NCBI RefSeq assembly: GCF_006345805.1
Contig: NC_043000.1
Coordinates: forward strand, 143,406,001-143,470,000
Direction of reading: 5' to 3'
Length of the DNA stretch: 64,000 nt
Source of the DNA: Octopus sinensis
Taxonomy: Eukaryota
The notes beneath the pieces were generated by a model. It was not told the origin of the DNA. It did no database searches and saw nothing but the letters and a program-made list of their open reading frames with translations. A program made the position numbers and the translations under genes. Of the stretch, positions 12,451-26,845 are shown piece after piece; position 1 is the first letter of the stretch; the number at the start of each line of letters is the position of its first letter.

Positions 12451-15400
12451 ATATGCATATGCATGTGCATGTGTAAAGGCGCGTATATGTAAGTATATAA
12501 ATCATATTTTAATCATGTAACCTGCAATCATATATCAACAATCAAACGGAAACAACAGCAAACTTACACATCGCTCCTAGTTATTCGTGCTAATATGTTA
12601 TATGTATTTAATACACCTAGCTGTATTCTACACGATAAGAGCCAACCTTAAAAATTTCGCCATGTTAGCATTAAAATCAAGTAGAAATTTAAACTTAATA
12701 CTTATCTTTACATGTCTAATATCAAACAATTGAAAATACGTGTATCGCACCGCACTGAATATATAGAATATTCATGCAACTTTGTGCATGTTTGTGTGCA
12801 ATTGGAAATCCACGACGTTTAAGTTGATGATGCTATAGTGTGATACAGGGAAATACTTCTCCTCTCACACTAAAATATCATTGCTAAATATAATTAATGA
12901 AGAGTAACTATTGGAAGCCTTAATAAGAAAGTTTAGATAAATTGATTATATATGCTGAAAGCATTCTATCAAGCACGTAACACCAAACGTACAGATAACG
13001 TTTAATTGCAAAGCGCATGTCGCGATGCAAATTTATATATTAAATCAAAACATCTCGCTTATTTATAGAATTAATGAGACAAACTAACATGCCAGCATCC
13101 GTCCTATCGCTTTCGTTATCTCAATCTTACTCTGTATCTATTATATGCATATACATATGAATATACATTGATACGTACGACACATAAATATATTGAAACA
13201 TATACAGCACACATACATGTATATGTGTATGTGTGTATATATAAAGATAGAGAGGGAGAGAAAGAGAGAAAGAATGAGGTAGATATATGGATATATACGC
13301 ATTGATTCACACATTCAGGGTTTATAATTTGATGTTGTATATACACCATATACTGTGATTACACAGAAGTATGTACACACTCTCGAATACATATTCTTGG
13401 ATGCAATTATTATTGTATCTTCGCCTGAGGTCTACGTGAGATCTCTACAAATGCTCACCACACGTACATTAATATTCCTTATTGAAAATCATAATTTCAT
13501 AAATGAAATATCAATTACCATACTGAAGCCTTCACTGTGCTAGTGTTGTCCAGTACGTTAATTCCCCAGAGTTATGTTACACTAACTTTGTACTCTAAAT
13601 ATGTGGTTAGATTGTCAAGAAATATTTAGTTAGGTTCAGCACTCACAACCCTCAAAAGAAAAATCACACCGATTTTACAGTGATGCTCACTTTGTTTATA
13701 TTGGTATGTATATAGAAAGCTAGAGGATGTGTGTGTTTGGTGATTATATGCGTGCACGTGTGCGTATGTGTATACATCTCTCTCCCTCTCTCTCCATCTA
13801 TATCTATATCTATATCTATCTGTGTATTTATATATCTCTCTCTCTTTCTTTCTCTAGTTATATATATATGTCTGTATATATATACACACAGTATATATGT
13901 AGATGTAGATATACGTGTGTGTGTGTGTGTGTATGTGTGTGTTTTTGATGCTCTCCAGTATTTCATATCACGCGAAAGACCATAAAACGTGATCTATATA
14001 TGAATCATCTGTCCAACATTTACGAAGTGCTGCTTTCTTTCGTAATTTTTAAAGTATAGATATATAATATCGAATTTTGTGAATCATAGCACCACTGCTT
14101 GCAGAATTGTAAACAAAGTAATCACAGGATCACTTCATCTTGCGGTAGCCACTATGGACAACAAATCTGAAACAGATACCCTGTTGTCAAACCTTCGAAA
14201 TTACCATCAATTATTTGGGTTATTGCAGAAAAATTAGAGCTATAAATTTTGTGGAATCTTCCATCCTTCAACGTCTCAAATTTCATAGTTCTGAAACTGC
14301 CTCCACAACTATCTCATTCCACACACATACATGGTCACTAAGTGCATATGGTCTATTCTACAGGTAATTCCAAACCAACAAACTACACTCTGTCAATGTC
14401 ATTTAAATTACCCTGAGACATGCCTCCCCACCACCAAACATGCCAATGTAGCATCGAGCTAAACCGTTCTATCTTCTCCCATATTTTTCTACCTCTTCTT
14501 TCCCACTCTTTCAGGAGAGCTACTTTGATTTCTAAAACATGATCACAGTGGCTCATCACAAAGAATGTTTTCTCACCTTAATTAATGTCATATGGTTTTC
14601 AATTCTGACATGAAAAAGGTGATACGGCAGATATTAATTAAAGCCTCCTCGAGATCATCAATCTCTTCTCCTCAGTAACGACCATTATTTCCACTTCCAC
14701 ACAGCTAAATCCATTGGGAATCTATATCTGTATGTTAACCTTTTTAAAAAATTGATGAAATTAATGTTGTTTTTCTCAGGATGACCAACATGTTTTACTG
14801 CCGCGCGAATTTTTTGCCAACTCTGTTCATTTATGGGCTTAAAATATCTTTACTTTCTGGAACCATTCGCTTCCTCTCAGGTAGTACTATCGTTAAATAG
14901 GCTGAAAGAATGTCCTCTGACTGAGTGTAACTCAATGTTTGATTTTGTGTTCATATTTTTCTTTCTATATAGTACTGACTGTCTCTTAGTCGCTTACTAG
15001 AAAGCTTACTCTTATCTCATGAATACTACTCTTCGTTTCTTCATAACCTCAGAAACATTTTTTTAGATAAAACATAGACGTCGATCGAAAAATAGTCTCA
15101 TAACTGATTACGCCAATTTTATCTCTTTCACTGACAGAAAACACAGTCACTACACATATCAAGGAAACAATGCTATACTTCTTTTTTAAAACATAAATGC
15201 ACATCCACGGTTTAGCAAAACATACTTCTTTTTTTTATAACACCAGCAACTACTAACCACTACGATTATCATTAGAAATAACAACGAAATATTGCTGCTC
15301 CTTGTGAGGCAGGCATCCAACTAATTGTCATGAAGTTTCAATACATCTTTCGAAACGCTCATACAATGGTCATTTTTTTTTTCAGAGCGCACTGGTCTCG

Positions 15401-17150
15401 TGCCACCAATAGTCAGCCACTCATGTCTCTCTCATATATCTACCCCTAGTTCAAGGAGCTCTCTCTCTACCCATTAGGCCCTGCACTGCTCACTAAACAC
15501 TATAACTCATTAGTGAAATGACTGTTACGAATTTTCGCCTTGATCATTTGTTTTTACAATTGCCGCTGACAGTCAGTATAACAAAATTCAAGGCAACCTT
15601 TACAAAGAAACAGCACTTCGATCCTGGAGGAACGGTAAAAGCAATGGGTATCTTCCTTATCTCCAGTGGAAGAAATTAGTATTTTCTTTCAAATGTACCT
15701 GATTTTCAGTTTACAAGCTGATAATTACATTATTCGCCGATTTATACGGGCATATATACATACACACACGCGCGAATAAAAGGCTTTCTAATCTTGTTTG
15801 TTGCATCTTTTTTACCTATATATAACTACATTCTTAAATGGTCCCTTCCTTTTCTAAAACTATATGAAGGATTTGGATGTCAACAGGTTATGCGACTGCA
15901 AAAATAAAATGTGTAGTTGCTTGTGTGAGGATATAGTAGTGAGAGAAAAGAGAAGCTGGAGGGTTTGACGTCTTCCCGCTTCCCAATTTTTTATACATTC
16001 GTATAGAACATATTATGCACATGTGATTATGGCTATAATTTATATTTCATCTTTTATATGTGCATACATCGTCTGTCTTTCTCACACAAATATCAACTGA
16101 ATTATAGCATAAAGAAAGAAACTGGAGTGGCGTTACAGTGAACCATAAGCCACGGGCGAGATATTAAGCATGATACATGTTTACTACATACACACTCACA
16201 CATAGAAAACCTCCTTCGATATTTATATTCATATAACATCAAATCTGCATTTTTGTTTTTTGTGATGGCGATAAACCTCTGTAAGTCATGTTGAATTTGC
16301 AGACTTAGAAAGGAATTTCCTCAAAACTATATTTTTTATATACCTGATATTTTCATATCTTGAGAATTATTATGCATCATTTTGAGGCCGAAAATAAACA
16401 ATCTTATTTAAGAAATATAATCTATTATAACTATAGACATAATCTATTAAAACTGCTATATTCTGTTAAATAACCTATTAAAACTATTGACATAATCTAT
16501 TAAAACTGCTATATTATTACTAATTCGCTACATCACAAAAGCTTAGAGTTTATATATTTTAATGTAGAATATAGCGCAACTATCGTAATAATGACCTGCA
16601 GTAGAAATTATAGTTGTGTCAGTTCATAAACATGTGTGTTTGAAAGTGTGTTTGTGTGTAAGTGCGTGCGGGAGCGTGTAGATATGTGTTTGAATTGTCT
16701 TACAATTGATAGGAAAGTGTGTATAATAGTTTATGCCTTTTATTCAGTGACATGTTCAAGTTAACGTTTCTTTAAAGTGTTATATACTTATAACATGGCC
16801 TTATACTATTATAGATTATTTAAATTATCGTTGTATGGATCCGCACTTTAAAGTTCCCTCTTGTAAATTTGTGATGTACGATTATATGCGTATGTGTTTA
16901 ATATCTGTCTAGTCTAAACTAAACAAGTAATCGAAACAATTCTGATCAATACAACACTTATGGTGAGTTAGATTCAGCAATTATCATAGATAGAAATAAA
17001 AGTGTTAATAAATCATCACTCTATAATATCTACAGAAAGTTTGTAAATATATATATGAATCAAGTTAATCGACTCTCTATCTTCCTTGACGTTCTATTTT
17101 ATCGTATCCAGAAAGAACGAAAATTAAAGTTGATCTTCAAACAAAATAAA

Positions 17151-17393
17151 TGCGCCCTTTTAAAGCTAGGCTCATGGGCCCGGTTTCCCGGTTTCTATGG
17201 CGTATCTGTTACCCAGCTGGACGGGACGCCAGTCCATCGCAGCGTTACTCATTTTTGCCAGCTGAGTGAACTGGAGCAACGTGAACTGAAGTGTTATGCT
17301 CATGAACACAACGTGTCGCCCGGCCCAGGAATCGAAACCACAATTTTACGATCATAAAGGTGAGACCCTAACAACTAAGCCACGCGCCTCCAC
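17151..17393 (-). mobile_element. tRNA-derived SINE (body 2 + tail 2)
   Basis: Reverse strand: GTGGAGGCGCGTGGCTTAGTTGTTAGG (A box), GGTTTCGATTCC (B box), central TTGCTCCAGTTCACTCAGCTG, tail GCGATGGACTGGCGTCCCGTCCAG...AGAAACCGGGAAACCGGG. Confidence 0.9.
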
Positions 17394-17575
17394 ATAAAGT
17401 CGAACTTAGCAGGACTGAACACAAAATGTAATGCGTTATAGCCCAATTATATTGCTTTGTGATCATACGATTCGGCTCATGAGCCCGGTTTCCCGGTTTC
17501 TATGGCGTGTATGTTCCCCAGCTGGACGGGACGCCAATCCATCGCAGCATTGTGATCATACGATTCGGCCAATTA

Positions 17576-17806
17576 AAGCTAGGCTCATGGGCCCGGTTTC
17601 CCGGTTTCTATGGCGTGTATGTTCCCCAACTGGACGGGACGCCAATCCATCGCATCGTTGCTTATTTTTACCAGCTGAGTGGACTAGAGCAACGTGAAAT
17701 GGAGTGTTATGCTCATGAACACAAAGTGTCGCCCGGTCCAGGAATCGAAACCACAATTTTACGATCATGATGCTGACACCCTAACAACTAAGCCACGCGC
17801 CTCCAC
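17576..17806 (-). mobile_element. tRNA-derived SINE (body 2 + tail 2), second copy within a local tandem duplication
   Basis: Highly similar to 17162-17393, and the adjacent non-SINE flank is duplicated too (17394-17477 vs 17807-17890). Confidence 0.9.
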
Positions 17807-18770
17807 ATAAAATCGATCTTAGCAGGGCTGAACACAAAATGTAATGTGTTATAGCCAAATTATATTGCTTTGTGATCATACGATTCGGCCAATTACTTTT
17901 TAGACATAGAATTGATTTTCAAATTAAGCGATGGTTCCATACCTTGAATAAACAAAAAACCTTAGTATATGATTATTTTTTTTTGTCATTTTATACACCA
18001 TTTTAGAAAGCAGAAAGTAAAAGTTTTCGCTGGTGGGATTTGATACAAGAACATAGAGACATAACTAAATTCCGTAAAGCATTTGTCTGTCACGCTGCCA
18101 ATTCACCACTTCTTCCGTTCTAACATAATAATAATGACACTAAATACAACCATCATAATAGAATGAGAAATCACGGACAGGCGTGCTGCTGCGGAGAAAG
18201 AGTTGAATAATAGGCTAGCTACTACCGGAAAGCGAACGTTATGACAGATAAGGCCAATGACATTTCAGCGAATACAATGACAAGTCACATGAAAAAATCA
18301 AAATCCAGTAGAACATGCTATAACTCAACTCTCTTTTCAGTCTTTTATTCAGCTGAAGATGACGAATATCTTGACGTTTTTTTTTCTCTCTCTTCTTCTC
18401 TTGCTCTGTCCAGAAAGACATTTGCTAAGACCTTTTGACCCCTCCTTTATATTCATTGAATTTACCGAGGCGAAATCTTTAGAGAACAACCCGGTAATAC
18501 GTTATATATTAAATTCACCTATAGATGACCTCGTACCAGGTCGCATTGCTATCGATTGTTATAACCCGATATTATCATTTATCTCCATCGCAGAGATATC
18601 TTCGTCAATAGGTTTTATGATGTTTGTGTCCATCGTGGAATTGAAACTATGCATCCATAGAAAATTGCAGTCTCAATAATCTAGATATCTCGTATTATTC
18701 AATTATTGAGGTTTCCTTAATCCCCAACACAAACACCATTGAATAATATATATAAATGTATATATATATA

Positions 18771-18820
<50 letters not shown>

Positions 18821-20732
18821 GCCGACGTGTTCTTAGAGGCAGTCGAAGTCTTACCTCAATCGATACAATAAATCATGATCAGCAGAATAATTTAGATAAC
18901 TGAGAGGTCGATCTTCTTCGAAAAATTTCTTAATTTTTCACTTATCTCAATATCAGTAAGGTTGCAGAGCTCGTAGAATTCCACTACTGAAATGGTTAAA
19001 TAGCTTTCATCATTTAGTTATTTTTTATTTTATTTCCTCTCCAGGTTGTCCTAACCTCTCATGTGTATGATGTCAATAAATTATAGAATTAATATACATA
19101 TATAAAATCCAGAGCACAGCTAGAGGGCCAAGTCACTCACGGATTCACTCCAATCTATGACCAGAAGGAGCGTTGTCCCTTCTGTACAACATTAGTACTT
19201 ATTGTATAAGATAGCAAGGATCACGTTGTCTCCTCTCAGGCATCTTCTACCAGCTCTTCTTTCTCTATCTACTATCTCTTCTTTCAACGAACTTGTTGTA
19301 TCCAGACTCAAAGCCCCGCATAGACCTCTATTCACAGTCCTTTCTTCCCATAACATTAGCTCTCCGGATTTCCGTTTCTGAATTTTCTCTTCCCTACACG
19401 TGTTGACTTCAAAGATCTAAGAAAATTATAACGACATCACGCTTACATGTCTTGAAGCGCTATGAGAGCCGTGGACACACTTCCTTCCACCAAAACCAGC
19501 ATGTGGAAAAAAACATTTATAAGGTCGTGTTTGTTGCTTAGGCGAAGGCTGGCTCTCATCTATCACTCATATGAGGGAAGTTTTTCCATCAGTGACCACC
19601 GTGTATATTCCAATGCACAGTGCATTCCAAAACACATTACCAATGTATTCTTTATTTTTCTTCTAGGTACCGCAGCTATGACGATATTCCTTCTCTGGGT
19701 GAAATTTCGGAGGCTGCTGTCATTAGGTTGTTATTTCTGACTTCATTAGACTTTCGACTTTGCATCAAGGTAGACAAATCAATATTTCATAACTATGAAA
19801 GTTCTAGAAAATCACAGAAATGACTGACAACTTAACATTTAATCCTGCTTAATATGGCGCTCAAATTTTTTATTAGTCAGTGTATATTCACTTTTTTATC
19901 CACATGGGATGGACAAGGCACGTAACACACCCCTGCCCGTGAAACGTAGATATGTTCTATCCCCACTCTGTGCAGTCTACCACCACTACAGTAGATCTGC
20001 ATTTCGATTCACTCGCTTCTCTTTCATTGTCACTACGTTTCATATTAACCACTGTGCCAAATCCTTTCATTGCATAAGATCCAGAAGTAGATTAACCGGT
20101 CTCAGCTGTTCTTTGCTTTAGTTTTTCCCGGCAGATTTAGTCTCAAAACAATATAGAATATGCAAAGCTGATGTCATACGCTGTTTCTATTGTCAGTTAA
20201 TTTTGACTTTAAATATCAGCAAAAAGATGACTGCATAAAAATTCCACTGTTGTTGAATGAATATGCTTAAATAAAATACTTATATCAGCTGAGGAAAATT
20301 AAATTCGTTTTTAATTTATTACATTACATAAGAAAATCTACATCTACGCTTTGCTTATGAGAACTAATTTTCGCGTTCTCGTTCACTCACTAATCACACT
20401 AACTACTTCTAACATTCATATCTTTGAGTAAATATATGTGCTACGATCCAATGCCGCTTAGTACGGGCAGAATAATTCAACAAAGATGTATTGCTACCAT
20501 GCGAAAATAAAATGTTCATGTTCGAACAGTTTTCTTCCCGCCGTACACTAATTTTCTCCATAATACATTCTCAGACTTAAAAGGAAGTGTGTAATAAATT
20601 TGATTCCATCTAGCTTTAATATTTAGTCATCCAACAATGACTTAATTATTCTTAGTTTTAGATCATTTAAAACGTTTTCGACACAATATTTTCCACTAAC
20701 TCACACACACACACACAGACACACACACACAC

Positions 20733-20773
<41 letters not shown>

Positions 20774-20997
20774 ACACACACACCACACACACACACACAT
20801 ACGTATATAGATACAAGACATACATTTTCTGTAAAAATATCATACATGATGGATCTCTGAAATGACATGAAAGCGATAAATAAGCATCCAAAGTTCTGAC
20901 AACCTACTTTTTCTTGACGTGTACAGACACGCTCACACACACACACGCAGGCAGACAGGCGCACGCAGACACCCACACAAACACACACACACACGTG

Positions 20998-23530
20998 CAG
21001 TGATGGGTGTAGCTAACCAAAAATATATCTTTTGATAATCGCTAATCCTCTAACTAAAAAACTTGTCTTCGGAAACGCTAAACGGCTATGCAAATGAAAT
21101 AAATTAGCGGAAGCTAATGCTGACTGATCACTAATAAATTTTATCATGGGTATTTAGCTTCAGTTTGTTTTTTTGGCTCTAAAATCGTTAAAACCATAAC
21201 GTCGAAAGCTGAAATTTTCATGTTGAGGCAAGACATACAACTTTTCAAAAAGGTATAGCATATCAAGAACAGATGATGATCAAGATGTACTACTATGGCT
21301 GGGCCTTTTCTATCGCCTCGACGGGATGCTGGTTGCCTTTCATAAATATCAGCCTCTTAAAGTTACCATCTTACAAGGTGACTCTCTTGGCCTTCAAAAT
21401 ATCTTTGCCTGTAGGAAATAGGTGATCAACTGCAGCACGGGATGGGATGGCGGTGTTGTACCTGGAGAACATGTCGTTGAAGACCTGCTCACTCACAAAG
21501 GCGACTTCAATCAGGATCTCCTTCGAGACGGCCTCCAGCCAGGTCTACACAGAGTTCTGTAGCTTCAGTGAAATGTGGCTCAACAGACATATAATTAACT
21601 TCGTCCTCATCCCCAGCCACGAGCAACCTCAGGAATGTCCGACAAAATTTAAGCTTCTGAACTAAATTGCATAAATGCCTTGACAACGTTTTTGCCCTTG
21701 TCCGTCGTGGTCCTGGTCTCCTTCTCTTGCAGATGGAATTTGTTATGAGTATCCACCATAGCCTTGGCGAGAACATCAAAAGCGTGATGACCAATGACCC
21801 GAGAGCAGCCCAGGACGGTGCATTGTCTCGTGCGAGTCTTGGGGTCCAGCCAGTGTGCCGTCATCCCAAGGTAGGACCTATTGTGGGTTGACTAGCAGTC
21901 CGTGGTGGTCGCCACACAGGGGACATCCTTGAGCAATCTGTTATTTAAAAATGTTCAATTGTAAAGAGACATAAGTTGTAAACTTAAAAACTTGCAATTA
22001 TACACACACAGAAACACATGTATATAAACTGACGCAGAGTATGATCAAGGCCTACAAAAAAAAAAGAAAGAAAACTAGCCTCTCATCCGTATCTCCCCGT
22101 AAGTTGCAATGGTTTTTGTGAGCATGTGATTTGTACAATTTTTCACGGGCAGGACGGAGTCAAGACATTTGATCGCGATATATTATTACCATATTTTGGT
22201 TATAGAAATTACACATTTTAACATTTGATAGTAGTTTGTTCTAAATTCATGGAAATAATTTAAAGCCTTGTTTTAAAACTTTTGATAAGGGTGTCACTAG
22301 CCAGATAGTTTACGCGTTGTGTGCGGTGGGGTGGAATAACCGAGATGGGGTATGGAAGGATGGTCGTAATTTGATAAGTTCAGAACTTCAGGTTCGTGTA
22401 TTCGTTATTTCATTGGCTGAGCACACTTATTCATGAGTAGAATATATTATGACATTTATTTCAATTAGCTATTTTACATTTTATAAAATAAGTATATAAT
22501 ATATAATTAAATAATTAAATTAATTTAAGAAAATTTGAAGTACGCCATAATGATAATTTAATAAACTTGTATAATGTTAATCTATGAATATCTTGTCAGA
22601 TACACCTCCGGCTGTTTATAGCTGGCCAAGATCATCCTGCCCAGGGTTCAGCGTGACATCCACGTCTTGCTTGGGTTCAGCTTCTTGATCAGGCTGACAA
22701 CGGTTGGTGTGGGGGGAGCACTACATGCAGCGGTAGTATGTTGTCGACAAACGGATCTAGAATCCTTTATTACACCATAAACTAACGGACGCCAGTGCCA
22801 GTAATTTCGACAAACGCCTCGCCGATGCTGGGCTGGCGTGCTTTCTTTGCACATGGCTGCAACGAGTGGCTACTGGCACTGCTACCAGAAGATTGCATAT
22901 GGTTCCCATGGGAAGAGCCGGCCATGATCCTCTCCTCAAACTAGATAGCATACACTGGGTCTTTCCTCTTTACATGCGAACTCAAATAATAGAGGCTCGC
23001 CGCTTTTCCTTTAATGTTGTTCTACTTGGGCTGGCACATACCGTACAGGAATTACAGGATTTTGGCTTTCCTTGTAACCCTTGATTTAAGGACAAAGTCA
23101 TCCTCCAGGTGGTGCCACAGGTCCTGAGACCCCTGGCTCCATACGCAGGCCAAACAAAAGTATCTTCATCCTCCATTACAATAAGCGATAACCTCATAAG
23201 CCGATAACGTACACAACCGTTGCTGACATTGGAGACTCTCTGTGGTAAGTTAAGTCAACGTCGTAAGTAAACGCAACTCAAAACTGCAGAATTACATAAT
23301 GCTGCTTAGCTAGCTGCTGGCGCATCGACCAGTCAGGTCTTGTCACATGTACTCGTAGTCAGACAATAACGTGCCTGACGGGAGTTTCAAGACATGCCAT
23401 AACAGACAGGAACAAACGTATGAAATTTGTTAGTGGACTTAAATTCAGCAGAAGCTAATTGGTCCCGTAACGGTTTCCATATTTAGCGAAAATTTCAAAT
23501 GAAAAAACTACGCTAATTAGCTCTGTATTT
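20998..23530 (-). mobile_element. Tol2/Ac-like hAT transposon remnant with intron-containing transposase pseudogene
   Basis: Minus strand: BED-like CTVC...IKGKAASLYYLSSHVKRKDP (~23050-22950); SLIKKLNPSKTWMSR*TLGRMILASYKQ (~22700-22600); RLLKDVPCVATTTDC*STHNRSYLGMTAHWLDP...GHHAFDVLAKAM...TTTDKGKNVVKAF (21937-21670). Left terminus CAGTGATGGGTGTAGCTAAC at 20998, with GCTAA/TTAGC subterminal motifs near both ends. Right TIR not found. Confidence 0.85.
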
Positions 23531-23832
23531 ATAGAGAAGGTGGGAAGAGAGACTATGAACTATTTCCTCGCCTGACTCAGTCTGATTTCATAGAATGTTA
23601 AAATTTGCTTAATGAATTTGCCCCTCGCGTTATGCCTTACAGAAGATTCCAAAGGCGGATGAAATGGAATTATGCAGGGCTAACAAACGACTAAAATCTT
23701 GAAGTACTTTGTTTTATGTAAGTAAAAACTGAAGAATTAAACATTAAGTATGCATTTTCTTTATTCTAACCTAGAAGTGATTCCTTCCCCTGAATGAAAA
23801 ATCCACCAGAGGTTAATCACGTATACAATTTA

Positions 23833-24015
23833 TTCTTTCATTTGTTTCAGTCATTTGACTGCGGCCATACTGAAGCAACGACTTTACTCGAATACAACAA
23901 CCTCCCGACTTATTCTTCGAACTTATCCTCTTTTGCCAAACTGCTAAGTTACGAGGATGCAATCACACCAAGATCGGTTGTCAAGCGATGTTGGAGGAAC
24001 AAACACACACAAACC
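23833..24015 (-). mobile_element. SINE 3' half (family of 44736/55015)
   Basis: TGTTTCAGTCATTTGACTGCGGCCAT...GCTAAGTTACG...GGTTGTCAAGCGATG is shared with 55015-55421. Confidence 0.8.
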
Positions 24016-24113
24016 GGTGGCTTGTGGTGTCTGTGAAGTCACACTACGGAACTCAGGCAGACAGTAATTGATGCAGTGTGCGCTCAGTTCAATGTAAAGC
24101 CGATTTTTGGAAT

Positions 24114-24310
24114 TCAGCATGATTGTAGGGCATTTATAAAGTGTAAAGATATTAAATCGGGTTGAGTGGTTACTGAACCCACTGCTCCGATGGCAACAGG
24201 AACAAACTTTGACTCACGCAACTGCCACATCTTGGCGGTTTCAGATTTCAGGCCTCCATATTTGTTGACATTTTCCCTTTCTTTTATTATGTGTTGATCA
24301 CTTGGCACTC
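24114..24310 (-). mobile_element. R4/Dong-like LINE C-terminal fragment
   Basis: KYGGLKSETAKMWQLRESKFVPVAIGAVGSV matches KYKDLEIEISKMWKLETKTIPVVIGALG of the 31.4-kb copy. Confidence 0.7.
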
Positions 24311-24447
24311 TTGCTCGTCCCTTCTAAAAGTTACTATATCTGGCCTTCGTCATTTTACCATTTTGCTTGTGTGGAAGTCCTAGAGAGACAAGACGTCTTT
24401 TTCTTCTTATTATTCTTATTGTTGTTGTTGCTGCTGTTGTTATTTTT

Positions 24448-24660
24448 CAAGTGGTGAGCTACAGAACCGTTACCCGCCAGACAAAATGCTTCGCATTGCA
24501 GTACGTCTCAAAGTTCTGAGTTCATATTCAGTGAAGTTCGACTTTGCTGTTCTTCATTTCAGTGTCAATGAACTAAGTCGCTGTTGAGCACTGGGATCGA
24601 GGTAATCGACTAGCCTCCTGCCCATATATTTTCAGGCCAAGTGCCTATAGTAGAAAGGCT
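24448..24660 (+). mobile_element. Degenerate tRNA-derived SINE (fourth family)
   Basis: GTGGTGAGCTACAGAACCGTTA...GTTCTGAGTTCATATTC...GTTGAGCACTGGGATCGAGGTAATCGACTAG. Related minus-strand copies at ~38345-38495, ~48588-48768 and ~59065-59150. Confidence 0.7.
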
Positions 24661-25387
24661 TATCATTATTCTTATTATTTTATTAATATTCGTGGATTAA
24701 TAAAAGTTTGCTTCCTGAAAAATAGAAAACCAGCAGGGAGAAATATCTATATCTTGAAGAACATGAGTAGGTCATTTAGAAAACAATATTCAGAGTAGAA
24801 AACAATGATTGTTTGTGCTAAAAGTGAACTTTTAGATGTTCAATGTCAACGAGTTCAGGGTTGATAATGTATTGCGTTGTGTTGAGCCTTGGATAACAAT
24901 CATTCATAATAAATATGATTTAATCGCTGTGATTTATATATTTGTTATTAAACTTTCTATAAAAAGTTAAAAGCTCTGTAGTAGTAACTGTATGAAACAA
25001 TTTTTCTATGTAGGTAATTTGTATTCACTGTGCTTAGAAAATATACTTTCTCATCGAATAGTTGCGTTTCAACATAATTCTTCACAACAAACAATTGCAA
25101 TCCAGACAATTTCTGAGTATAGAGTTGTATTCAATTGCCACAGAATCGTTAGTCAATACTTAGTCTGTTGCTATTCTAGACTTTTGAAGACATATTAAAA
25201 ACTTCTTGCAGAGACTAAATTTACGAAAAGAGCTTAAAGCAAAGAAATTGTAAGACGAAACCATATACTAGTTAGCTAAATAAACACAATCTAAAATACA
25301 AATAACAAAAGTACATATAAAATTATCAATATATATATATTATATAATATATATATAATATATATATATTATATATATATATATATA

Positions 25388-25435
<48 letters not shown>

Positions 25436-25766
25436 ATATATATTATATATATATATTATATATATATATGTATATATAGGTATGTAGTATAAATATATCA
25501 AAGCACACACGTATCAGTGTATTTTTATGTATGTGGATATTTATGTTTGGCTGACAGTTTATGTCTTATATGTCTGTATGGGTGACTGTGTTCAAATGTA
25601 TGTAGACCTGTGCTTGTAAATTTTGTAGACGTTATTATAAATTATACTGATTCGACCAATATAGTAATATTCACGAAAGTAACATTCATTTCAATTATAT
25701 TGAATCGTATAGATGAGTCACATATGCTAATGAGGTTCGCAAGTATAGGACACTTGTGCATGCAGT

Positions 25767-25809
<43 letters not shown>

Positions 25810-25883
25810 TATATTATATATATATATATACACACACATATATATATACCTATCTCTCTCTCTTTCTCTCTCTCTCCTCTCAC

Positions 25884-25916
<33 letters not shown>

Positions 25917-26023
25917 GCATATAAAAGCTAAGGCTATGTAAATGCTATTGAAGGTTCGTAGTTAAACACTTGGTTCGTAATAATTCGAGTGAGGAGTGTA
26001 ATGTAGGTCTTGTATGAGAATGT

Positions 26024-26413
26024 ATGTTAGATAAAATGAGATAACAAATCCAAGGCTGTGTGGAATTTGCAGGACATTTATAAAGAGAAAGTTATTCTCA
26101 CATCTGTTTCTGGGATACTAGGTATATCCCTTCATCAGAGACTATGTGATATGTTTAAATAGAGGGAAATAGTAGAGTTCAATATAAGGAATTATTTTGG
26201 AAAATATCTTTTTATATTTATAATATATAGTAGATTATAGATATAAGGAGTTATATTTTTCAAATAATTCATTATATTGAAATCTACTATTTCCCTCTAT
26301 TTAACCATCTCATATCCTCTCTGAAGAAGAGATATCCCTAATATCCCTTTCTCTTTATAAATGTCCTGAAAATCCACTCAGCCTTAACTTTGACGTCTCA
26401 TTTTATTTAACAT
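26024..26413. repeat. Diverged head-to-head palindrome of a hammerhead-bearing unit
   Basis: 26024-26224 is the reverse complement of 26234-26413 (roughly 80-85% by eye, plus a ~21-nt deletion in the right arm). Confidence 0.88.
26095..26142 (-). ncRNA. Degenerate minimal hammerhead ribozyme motif
   Basis: GUCU-CUGAUGA-A-GGGAUA(UACCUAG)UAUCCC-A-GAAA-CAGAUG-UG-AGAA. The core is intact but the triplet is GUG (not cleavable). The right-arm partner (CUGAAGA at 26321) has lost GAAA and stem III. Confidence 0.55.
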
Positions 26414-26529
26414 ATTATTTAACTAATTTTAATGTTGTTATTAATTATTCAGACTTGTCAGTAATAATAGTAGTAAATATGTCTTTACGAGTATCTATTC
26501 GAGTATTTATTCATTTTTATACATAAATA

Positions 26530-26558
26530 GATACATACATACATGTATGTATATGTAT

Positions 26559-26604
<46 letters not shown>

Positions 26605-26645
26605 TATATAGATATATGTATATATATGTATATATATGTGCATAT

Positions 26646-26683
<38 letters not shown>

Positions 26684-26793
26684 TATATATATGTATATAT
26701 ATATGTATATATATATATATGTATATATATATGTATATATATATATATATATATACATATCACACATGCAATTAAACATATATATACATATAT

Positions 26794-26845
<52 letters not shown>

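Noticed and set aside
25700-25765. CTAATGAGGTTC... and other partial hammerhead-like words (also ~33990-34020 minus, ~43345-43380 minus)
   Set aside because: The core is incomplete, or no GAAA follows a credible stem II.
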